From assembly GCF_000143415.4 (NCBI RefSeq), contig NW_003314302.1, forward strand, positions 18,065 through 82,064: DNA of 64,000 nt, in the 5' to 3' direction. Below the pieces are notes generated by a model. It worked only from the letters and a program-made list of their open reading frames with translations, was not told the origin of the DNA and did not search any database. Each line of letters begins with the position of its first letter. Positions within the stretch are counted from its first letter, which is position 1. The translations under genes and the position numbers were made by a program. Of the stretch, positions 1 through 10,836 are shown one piece after another. This stretch comes from Selaginella moellendorffii (taxonomy: Eukaryota > Plantae > Lycopodiophyta).

Positions 1-539
1 AAAAATGCAAGTGCTCCTCAAAATAAAATGGTTATATAAACCATAACCTTACAACTTTGTTTATCAACTCTACGCTGGTAATGAAAACTCTGTACTTAAG
101 TTAACCAATTTCTATTAGATTGACATCAAAGGTTAGAATGTCTATGAAACGTGGATGACTTGGTTTTGAACTGGAATGAACCTGCTTCAAAACAAATTCG
201 GACCAAGCTTGCAAGTTTAATCCCACACTACCTTTGTTACGTGGCTTCAATGTTGATATCATTAACAAACTCCAATCATGGGCTTATAGGAATTGTGGTG
301 GTCAGTCTCTGCCCATTACTTACTCGCCCTAACTTACCTTCTTGATACTAAGTTTTCTTTTGATGACAAAATGAAAACGAATTCCCCTTGATGAACACTG
401 GAAAAGATCTCTTGTATTTTATTTATATTTTTTAACAGAGGAAAGGAGGTGACACTGCACTTTTTGAATCCTCAAATGAAATGGACATGTACCAAGAAGA
501 AGTAGAGCAATTCAGTATGCTCGCTCTTTGTAGTAAGCC

Positions 540-1085
540 ACGATGACAAATCCACAGCCTGAGCTGCCAAAGATCAGCAAATTGGTCCAGAATTATAGCT
601 GACATACCGGTCTTGTGTTTCCTACATTCCATGTACCCAAGAAAACACTGATATCATGCTCGGGTTCAGCTATTCTTGCATCTAAGTCCATTAAAACCTG
701 CAAATACATGACAACAACGAACATTTTTAAAAGTCAAGCAAACAGACTGATCACCTTCCCCGGCATTAATCTCTTCCCAGAAAGATCATACCACTTGGTT
801 TTTCCATCTTGACCACCTGAAATGAAACAGAGCAATAAGGTGGCACAAGGAGAAAAGACACCTTCCTCAGACCTCCCTTTTTATCGAGAAGATCAACAAC
901 ACGAACTTCCGTAGAAATCCCAAGCGAGTCTTCTCCTCCAAAACGTGTCTTAGAAACAATGTGTAACAGCAGAACTGCATTCTGCCCAACCACCCAAACT
1001 CGTCAGTAGAAAAAAACTTGCAAAGCTGCAAAAATTGTCCTTGATGTCAAAAGTGAAGCTCTGATTAACTCTAACGGATCCATTT
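540..1085 (-). pseudogene. Fragment of an inositol polyphosphate 5-phosphatase gene (N-terminal region plus start of catalytic domain)
   Basis: Spliceable exon ~608-697 reads VLMDLDARIAEPEHDISVFLGTWNVGNTRP, and the next exon reads AVDLSSWL. These match the 5-phosphatase GTWNV...DL..WL motif. An upstream exon has an in-frame TGA at 1003-1005. I could not find further catalytic exons. Confidence 0.55.
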
Positions 1086-1429
1086 TGCTCGATCGCTCCG
1101 ACCCGAATCTGGGAGCAGCCCAAAACAGAGAAGCAGTCAGGTAGCAGAGGAAAGAAAAAATAGGAATGTTGCACGTGAATGTGGGGACAAGACCTGTTTC
1201 TCTTGCCTGACCGCACCTGGCAATCCACTCTAGCATAGCAACCTAGCAGTCTTTCATTTGCATGTAAAAACCTCTGAAAACATAACGGAAGAAGTAGAAA
1301 TCTATCGTTTATAAAGTTAATTTGTAGTTTATAATTTTATCAACTGACTTTGAAAAGGTAGAACTCACCCAGCCAGCATATAATTCCCTTCACTTCCAAC
1401 TCCCACTGCTCAAAAAGCCACTGCAGATG

Positions 1430-4400
1430 CCCATCAAAAGTCAGCATGATTGGCTCTTAAGAAAATAAGATTTCCATTTTACCTAGGCAGTTGAAAGCCT
1501 AAGTGAGGTTTCTGGCTGCACATTCTTTTTGACAATGTTCCCAGTTTTGGAAAGCAGGAAATTACGATGGTTCTAACGCACAAACAATGCCAGGTCCTTG
1601 CTCATTATGACTGCTTTTTAAGGAAGTAACTCATTACGTGGTTTTGTAGCTGGAATGGACCACATACGAATGCATCCCAAATTCCTTCATTCTAACGCAA
1701 GAAGCCACAAGTGGGCTTTTGGTGGTAATTCAAATAGGCATATCACTGTTCCTCTTTTCTTTCTAATGCATGATCTTACACTTTTTGCAGCAATAGCAGA
1801 GCTGCTTGATAATGCACTCGACCAGACAACAAATGGAGTGACATTTGCCAACATAGATGTTCTCAAGAATCCAGTTAATGGCACGCCAATGCTTCTGTTT
1901 GAAGGTTTGTAAGACATTTTTTTTCCTTTTTTCTTTCTTTATGCAAGTAACATTGTATTTGTTAATTTAGACAATGGTGGTGGAATGACTCTTGATCATT
2001 TGCGACAATGTATGTCCTTTGGGTATTCTGTAAATGACACAGCCAGTAGAACAATTGGACAATGTAAGTGCCATCTTTTTTTTTACATTTTTTAATATTA
2101 TTTATACTACCAAATGGAAATGGTTTCAAGACAAGTACAACGCGCCTTGGTGCAGATGTCATTGTATTTTCAAAATCAAACACTGCAGTAGGTGACAGGT
2201 ATAAGAGTTGACTGCCATATTTTTCGCCACTTTATTTAACATTGTGTACAGATTTATTCAAAGTGTGGGATTACTCTCTTATAGCTTTCTCCGTGATACA
2301 GTGCAGCAAGATATTATAGTTCCAATGGTTTTGAGTGGATAAATTCTCTTAGATGTGTATTCATCACATTGTTCATATTTGCAGCTGAATTATGAAGGAT
2401 ATGGGCTTGAGTTAAAAGAGATCCATAAATGTACACATCAAGATTGGAAAATCATATGGACGTAATCACTAAATGGAGTCCTTATCAAAATGAAGAATCT
2501 ATTCATAGCCAAGTAAGTACTCTAGATCAATAATCTTAAGTTATGTGTCTCTACTATTCAAGTTCAAGAAAATTAATGACCAAGGGACAAGAATAATTAT
2601 CTATAATCTTTGGGAGAATGACGAGCAACAAATTGAACTAGACTTCAAATCTGATCCTCATGTATGTTTTATATTTTAAAAGTTTACTTTTCTGACACCC
2701 ATCAAGGATATCCGAATTAGAAACGGTCAACATGACATACAATGTGAAATGGCAAACAAATATTCCAGTATTAAACACTTTTTCCTGTACAAAAGTTCTC
2801 TACGGGTAAGAAAAAATTTAAAATACACTTTCTCATCCACTCAGGTTTGCAGGTATATATTTCAATGTTGTATTTGCATTTACCAGAAAACTTCAAGATC
2901 ACTCTTCGAAATCAAGAAGTTGAACACTCTGACATAAGGAGTGATGCAATGCATATAGAGCAATTTAATTTCAAGTTTCAAAATGATTTAAAAGTAGTTG
3001 TCCCCATTATTAAAATTTTCTTTGATATTTATTCAACTTTGAATGTAGATGTCTGCAAAAGTACACTTTTGGTACACACAACAAATAGATATACAAGGAT
3101 TTAATGTCTACCACAAAAACCGACTTATTAAGGTAACCAATCATTTAAAAAGATCATTTTTCTCATTTAATATATGACAGCCCTTTTGGAAAATATGGAA
3201 TTCATCACGAAAACAAGGGTGAGGTGTCTATGGCAAGTTTTACTATTCTACTATTAGTCTTTGATACATTCTTTAAGGTTATTTAGGAGTTTTGGAAGCA
3301 AACTTTGTGGAGCCCACTCATGATAAACAAGGATTTGAAAGAACACCTATTGTTCAACAATTAGAGTATCAACTGCAAATCATGCAGAAAAGATTATGGT
3401 TGGCTTGCTTGTTTATACCTTTTTATTAAGTTCTTTTTCTATACAGGAAGGACTTTCAGAAAAAGCAGACCGATAGACCAGTTGCTGATGTTGCTTTTGC
3501 TACCGAGAAAAAAAACATGATGCATAAAGAAAAAACTTTATACCAGTTTCAGAATGAACAACAAATAGAACATCTTCACGGTAGAACCTTTTAACACAAG
3601 AATGATGTTTCTTTGCTAAAATATATTCACAATGCTAATCATTGTCCTTAGATTGCGAGGACACAGAACATTTTCAAAGAAAAGCAAAGAAGGGATCGGA
3701 ATCTCACTTTGCTAATGAAATAGATAAGGTATTTGGTGTAAATTTGTGAGAAACATAACTTAAATTTAAGCTAACTCAAAATCTGATGATTTCCAGAATG
3801 AAAAATTACAAATGGCAGAGTATCTATTTAGAAAAAAAACAGACACTGAGATCACCTCCACATTGAAAGATGCTCAGCCAATACAGAACTTCCCTAAACT
3901 AGCTACATTGAGGGAACTATCACTGAAGTATGTATGAATTGTATCTATTACTGACTTTAAATTTCCATTTCAGAGCGGAGGCACATCTAAACATGGCAGT
4001 TGCTGAAAACCCAAAAGAATGTACTTGATCTTCCTCTAATCCCTCTCAGATGATTTTGTATTTTTTGAGCTGTATTTGTTATTATTACAGATTCAACAGC
4101 TGAACGGAATGATAAGTCTTATCAAGCGGTTGGCTATTCAATGAGCATGACAAATATTAAAATGAGATTGAGAAAAAGGAAAAACATTGTGTCTTACAGA
4201 TATTAAAAAATAGATTGAGAAAAAAAGTTTTAATCTATACTATGGTCCTCTCATCATTAATTAGAATGATGGTATAAAACAAATTCCAAATTGTCAGAAA
4301 ATAAACTAAATAAATCCAAATAATACAGCTCATCCAGCCAAACCAGATAGCAGCCCCCATGGAAGAGGAAGTCCATGTACGTATGGACGAGCTCCACCTG

Positions 4401-4968
4401 TGTAACAGACCACATGACATAGTTCCTCTCCTCAGGTGAGTGTGAAGGGTTTGGATTTGGCACACCAGCTTCTGCTTTAAAGGCAAAACCCAGCAGCAAA
4501 CTTTGTTGAAAGGGAACCAATTTCTTAGCTTTGACAAAGTAACACTGGCTTTTGCACCGTAATTTTTAAATATTACAGCTCTTCAATGATGGTTTGCAAA
4601 AGTTCCCATTACTCTACTTGGTAGATAGAAATATTGCTCTGCTGAATTACAATCATTTGGAACCTGCATAAAAAAAGGCTTACACTTGACTTTTGTGTTT
4701 CTGGATTACACAACATCAACTTCTAGCATACAAGACATGGAAACAAGCATTCTTTGTGCAAAAAAATCATCCAGCACAAGACCATTATCACAGTCATACA
4801 CTAGAAACCATGAGGAAACCAGGAGGAAGAGCGATACAGTATGGAAGAAAATGCGAGATAATTGACACAGTTCAAGCAGTGTACATGGATGAGAGCGGAA
4901 GAGGTGCAGCAGTACAAGGACTACCGTCCACAACAAGCCATATAGTTAGCAACAGCAATTTTGCATGA
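1430..4968 (+). pseudogene. MORC: MORC-family GHKL ATPase (multi-exon, disabled)
   Basis: Exons give FWKAGNY, HPKFLHSNARSHKWAFG, AIAELLDNA, DNGGGM, GNGFKTST.RLGADVIVFS, WSPY, GTRIIIYNLW, GFNVYHKNRLI, PFW and GVLEANFVEPTHDKQGFERT. Lesions: acceptor CAG>CAA (~2112), 1-nt frameshift (~2448-2451) and in-frame TGA (3220-3222). The 5' end and C-terminal exons after ~3400 are uncertain. Confidence 0.85.
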
Positions 4969-6295
4969 TTGTTTATGTCTGGTGCTGCTACAGGTCGAGC
5001 ATTTGACTCGGGGTACCAGGGTAGTGGAGTAGACTTGCTTTATGATGCCCGACTGAATTTTCACGTACCGTTTGTCTCTTCCAGCTTAACGGCTGGGGTA
5101 GGACGAGGGTGGTTCGAGAGTTACATCGGAATCAGGTGTGGATCTTTTACTTGTCGCTGGGTTCTAACACCTGTTATCTTCAGCCTTTAGATTTTTGAAA
5201 AGGTTTCCTTAACCGTGCAAGACAAGCACCGGGAAATGGAGATTACACAGGTCATCTCACATGCATGCCCTACTGTCTGGCTTATTGGATCGCATGCTTT
5301 GAGCAGCTGGTTGGAGCTGGTTGGATTCGTCTGATTTTCAGACAAAGAATCAGATAAAAAAAGAAAGAAAAGGAAAGTGTTTTTCCTGGGAGTTGTTTCC
5401 CTTCGCACACACTTGCCATATAAAAGCTTAAGAATGCATCAAGTACAAATAAACGAAGATCAAACTGTTTCGCTATGGATCAAAATGGTGTTCAGTAGTT
5501 GCGTTCATAACCAGCAAGTGTAGCTGGAATTCGAGTGTTGGAAGATGCATCAGACACAATTCTGTGCTTATCTGGACGCAATCCGTTTCCGTGGGCGTTG
5601 TAATCCTCTTTGGTCCTTATAACCTTGGTAACAAAAGGGAAAGACCTAGAAAAACGCCTGTGACTAGATATGACCATACTGTGTCGGTTCTCTGTGATTT
5701 TCAAGTCATGGAACTCCATCATCAGCGATTCATCCTTTTGCCGCCGGCAGAATCAGAATAGTAAAGCAAAGATTCCTTGCGTGTTATGACTACCTTCTTG
5801 GATGTGACGCGCTGCGCCTGGGATCCATTATGGGCGAACCACTTTGAGAAGTTTACAAAACCTTCACAGAACGTTTATGTCTCTGCTTCTGCAGGTGGCT
5901 TGGGATGAATCGACAAGGCCATGATTCATTTAAGTTTTCTAGAGCACTTGCTGGTGGGAAAGAGGAGCCGTGTATTGCCACAGTTGTTATTAAACATGAA
6001 GATCGGTAGATCGTGGAAGGGGCTTTTGGCCGGTAGTGTAGAATCAGATTTTTTTTTTTAAAAATGAACAAAAACTTAAGTTTCTCGAGAAGATAAACTA
6101 CTTTTGCCACTAACTCTTCTGGAGAGGGAGGAGGAAGATAAAGTCGTAATCTTTTTTCCCCACTAATACAAGAATAAATTTTATTATTTCAACCAATGCA
6201 TATGCATCAAGGCAGTGATAACAACGTTGCCAACGGTTTGATAAATGTGAACATTATATAGCAGATATCACAGAGAAACCCTATCGTGAACAATC

Positions 6296-8114
6296 ATGAA
6301 GTGCACAGATGATGGGATCAGAAGGGTCAAAGAAAATTCGAAAGAGGAACTCGTGTTGCGTGTGACGAATATAGATTCAAAGCCTGGTGCTCTGACCAAG
6401 AAGTTCTCTGTCACGGATGACAGAGAAATACTCGAGGCAATTGCATCACACCGAGTTTCAAGTTTAATAGATTCATGTGGTGCCCGTCTGAATTCGTTTG
6501 TAAAATTCCTAGACTACGCGTTCCTTGAGACAAATGGAAAACAGTAAGTGTATTTTCCTTTTGACAGAGCATTTTAAACACCAAAATATTCTGTAGGTCA
6601 TTGATTGTTTCGGATGCATGCTTCCTGGATGGTGGAGTATGGAAGCGCACACGCTCAAACCCTATCCTTCAAGATATGAAAGTGGTAAATCCTTTCTTTG
6701 GTTTTAATTCTAAAATAACTGCTACAATTGAACTTGCCAGGGACAAAAACGAGCCCAGGAGTCCATGGAAAAGGTATTTCACGACTAAACCAGTTTATTC
6801 AATTTGTTCCCTTTGATACAGGGAGAGAGCTCAAAAAAGGCCGTCATAAAAGAGGTGTTCATCAAAGAAATCAGTGACCGTTCTTACAGGTGGTCCTTCC
6901 GTGCAAGAGTCACACACAAGAACAAGTTGATACATTTCAACACGAAAAGATCTGGATGCATAATGTCATTTGACGTTGTCGATGTCCAGGGAACAGAGAT
7001 TAGAATTATTGGCTCCGACGATTGTGCCTTGGTTTTGTCAGATAAGATTGTACAGGGTATAGTGTATTCATTTTCTGGTAGTGGTGGAATACGACGTTCC
7101 AATCAGGCATACACACCATTTGAAGTGACATGGGAGATTCAGGCTAACAAAGGTATGGAGTTTACAGCTTTGGATGAGGATGCAACGTTCCCAAGAATTG
7201 TCTTGGCAAAAACAAGCATATTAAGTGCGTGTCAGAAGGAAAGGGACTCTTTTGTCGATGTGGTTGGTATTGTAATATGGATCGGTACAATTACAGTAAC
7301 ATCTCGTGACAGTGGAACTTTTGTGAAGAAGAGAACATTGTGTCTAGGTGATGATTCAGGCCACAGTGTTGATCTATGTCTCTGGGATTTAAAAGCAGAA
7401 GAAGAGGGCTCATATATACAGGAGCGGATAGACAGTGGAGTTCAGCCAATAATATGTGTCAAGGGTGGAAAGGTATCGGACTACAATGGTAAATCACTTT
7501 CAGCAATTGGTGTGAGCACCATTCTTATTGAACCGGAAATGGAAGCAGTGGCTGATTTGAGAGAATGGATGACATTGTACTACAATGTCACTAACTTCAT
7601 ACATTTGAGCACTTCATCATCCAGACAGACTGTTAGCTGCACCACTACTTTATCAGAGATATCAAACATGCAGTTAAAGGTGTTAGAGAGTTCCCCTATC
7701 TATAGAGTGATAGCTACTGTGAAGGAAATGAAGACAGATGAGTTTTACTATAATGCATGCATCAATGTCGTGAATGCACGGCAATGTGGCAAAAAAACTA
7801 CCCGAACAGCAGATGGTTGGTTCTGCAGTTATTGCAATATTGAGTCTGCCAACATGGAGTTCAAGTATGCTCTAAAGATGTGCATCGAGGATAGCAGTCA
7901 TGTGTGGGCCATTGCATTTCAAGAGGCTGCACAGGAAATAGTGGGAATGTCAGCAAAGGAACTAGCTACAATGCGAGATGAGAACTACCCTGCATTCTCA
8001 CTACTTATCGATGGTATCCGCTCAAAGATTTACAAATTCAAAATCTGGAGCAAGCTTGAAAAATACCAAGACATGGAGAAGCTAAGGTTCTATATACTTG
8101 GACTTGACACCTAA
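6296..8114 (+). CDS. RPA70/RPA1-like ssDNA-binding protein (Helitron-associated type), ~553 aa
   Basis: Exons 6296-6543, 6597-6684, 6741-6773 and 6822-8114 join in frame with GT-AG introns. OB-fold motifs WSFRARVTHK, VDVVGIV, L.DDSG.SV.L.LW and KVSDYNGKSLS are present, plus the C4 zinc ribbon YYNAC...QCGKK...WFCSYC. Confidence 0.88.
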
Positions 8115-8885
8115 GGTATGCAGATTCCATTCTAATCTTTTACATGTTGATATATTTATCTGTGTTTTGTTTTGTAGTTACATGGAACTTGCAAAAACAA
8201 ATAAAATAAAACACACCTCCTAGCAAACATCAGCTCTGTTTGATGGTTATCTGTAGCAAGAAAGGAATGTCAAGATACAAAAACTAAAAAAGGGAAAGAA
8301 CAACAAAAAATGATTCTCAAGTGGACAATAAATGACAAATGCATCAACTGTATCAGAATTTAGCATGTTATAATGAACAAACACATAGTCCACCAGAAAA
8401 TACAGTCATTTATACTTCAATACACATCACTTGCTTGCAGATGCAAAACCAGCAATTCTATACCAAAAATCCCTTTACCATACCATCCCATTAACTGCTC
8501 TTACCTCTGGAATGCCCAAATAATATACCAAATTGAGGAATATGATTGAGCCACCTCTTCATGTGTTGAATAATTCTTTTAAGCTTTGAGTCCAAGCTTG
8601 TATTATTCTATTCCAGTTAAACATTTAAGAAATAGTGTTTGGTTGCAATCACTAAGTAAAAACTAAATAAACCAAGTGCTTGTTACATATTGAACTTAAG
8701 TAAGTTTTAATAAATTGTTCTCTTTTTAGAATTAACATCTAACTATCCCAGCGGAGCTGGGTTCCCTGCTAGTAGTATCTACCATAAGTAAAATTGAATA
8801 TTCTAAAAATGGAATATGTGACACCGATGCCAAAATAGCAACTTTAAATAAAGAGTTTGATGATGATAGTCACATTCAGAATAAC

Positions 8886-8959
8886 TGGCCTATGCAGGTC
8901 TCGAACCTGCGACCTTGGCGTTATTAGCACCACGCTCTGACCAACTGAGCTAATAGGCC
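8886..8959 (-). tRNA. trnI-AAT: tRNA-Ile (anticodon AAT)
   Basis: Reverse complement is GGCCTATTAGCTCAGTTGGTCAGAGCGTGGTGCTAATAACGCCAAGGTCGCAGGTTCGAGACCTGCATAGGCCA: full cloverleaf with A and B boxes. Confidence 0.97.
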
Positions 8960-9461
8960 TTAGGCATTGATTAAACTCCTGTAATGTGGCATCTAAGTTT
9001 TTTCTAGAGTTAAAAAAATGAACGCTAGCTCCATTGTCTCTCCTCTTTTCGTGTTTGTGCCCTCCAGTCAATCGCTCAATCCTGAAACTCTGGCTGATTA
9101 GCTGTGCAAACAAAAGCGAATATTGAAAGAATGTTTCCTTCCAGCATTTTGACCGCTGAACAACAGATGCTGCACCAACTAATCAAACGTCCCAAAACCA
9201 TAATGGACATTACATTTTACCTTGAATGAGGGGAATGCACAATTATGTAATTAATCTTTTGCTTGATTTTGTTTATTAAAATGTTTTCTCCCCAATTATA
9301 ATTTAAGTCTGATGTAAATTTCTCCATGAAACAATGGGTTTGGCCGAAAAGGCTTTCATTCAATTAACCTTGATCTTTTCTTGAGTGGCGGCGGGCCACG
9401 TGGAAAAGTCTTAAAATTATTGATGTTGGTGTGACCTTGAGTTGTGCTGCAGGAGGCGACT

Positions 9462-10732
9462 ATGGCGGATTCTCAATACAAGCACATCCTTGTATTTTCA
9501 CATCCACTGCTTGGCCACGTAATTCCCATGCTCCTCATCAACCAGGACTGCTTGGAGTCGGTGACCAAGATCCACGAAGAGCTTGTAAGCAAAGGAGACT
9601 TCTCCAAAGAGGTTGGATCACATCAAGGCCATGTTTGAGGCTTGGCAAAACTCAGGCAAGCTTGCCGAGCAAGCCGGACAGAGCTCTCGAATCCAATCGC
9701 GTTCCAATCTCGTTTGTGCTGGCCGACTTTACGCTGAAGCGGAGCCAAGCTGTCGCGGACAAGCTCAAAGTTCCCAGAATTGCTTTGGCGATAATTGGTT
9801 CCCAGGAGCTTGCTTCATCTCTCAGGGTATTTACAATCCTCTCTCAGGTAAGAACTTCCAGGTTCTCGTCAAGAACTTCACTTTGATCCTTCTTTAGAGA
9901 TCGAGGACGACGATTTGGACAAGGCGATCGATCTCCGAGGGCCGAGGCTTTCCAAAGTTGAAGGTCTCCGACTGTCTTCCACGCATCTCACAGTTTCCAC
10001 TGGAAGCTCTCCTGCAGGCCATGGAGGTGGCAAAGATGGCCAAGATTCCTCCTTGTAAACTCTTGCTAGGAGCTGGAGGGCGAGGCATACAAATCCACGC
10101 TCGAAACACACAAGCTTTCAATCCATTTCGCGGGGCCGCTGCTTGCCTCGCCGGTGCTGGGATTGGATCACTACTGTTTGCAGTGGCTAGACACCACGCT
10201 CGGTGCTCTTCGCCTCGTTCGGATCCCACCTATAGTTTCCAGCGTCCGAGCTCGAGAATATCCTCCTGGGCATCGAAACCAGCGGGAAGAAATTCCTACT
10301 AGCCTTCCCGGACGGATGCAATTGCGGGCGATTTCTCTCCATGGCTGCTCTCCTTCTTCGATCGATACAAGAGCGACTCAAGTGATCTCGAGCACCGGCA
10401 GGGATTGATCGTTCCATGGGCTCCACAGCGAGCGGTTCTATTGCACCCATCCATTGGTGGGTAGTTTTTCACTCACTATGGATGGAATTCCATGCTAGAG
10501 AGCATCGCTGGAGGTGTTCCAGTGATTGGAGAAGCCAATCCTTGGAGATCAGTTTGGAGTGAGGAGGCTTGCATTGGATTGCTGGAGAATTGGATTCGAG
10601 ATTGAGGAGGACAAGAACAAGATCTTGAGCAAGGACGCCGTAGAAAGAGCAGTTAACGGCTTGTTTGGCAGTCAGCATCTTTATGTTAATGCCGCAGAGC
10701 TCAAACAATCACTAGAAAAGGTAGTCCAGTAG
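9462..10732 (+). pseudogene. UDP-glycosyltransferase (family 1) pseudogene
   Basis: N-terminus HILVFSHPLLGHVIPML. PSPG box [36 protein letters not shown] contains an in-frame TAG and frameshifts before KPILGDQF. Several further frameshifts. Confidence 0.85.
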
Positions 10733-10836
10733 TGCCCAGATTAATAAGGATTTCAAACATCTATAACAATAATGAATGTTTTGGCCCGGCTGGTTTTACA
10801 AATTAGAATGTTTATAAACAAGTGAAGCTTGACGGC

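Larger units (their letters stand above)
1..8772 (+). mobile_element. Helitron, 3' portion (5' end and RepHel not seen in window)
   Basis: Canonical 3' terminus: GC hairpin CCCAGC-GGA-GCTGGG (8747-8761), 7-nt spacer, CTAG (8769-8772), then T. An RPA70-like gene lies just upstream, as in plant Helitrons, with decayed host-gene copies further upstream. The left extent is inferred. Confidence 0.7.

Noticed and set aside
4969-6110. Additional gene between MORC and RPA
   Set aside because: Only short ORFs with no recognisable motif or consistent exon chain.
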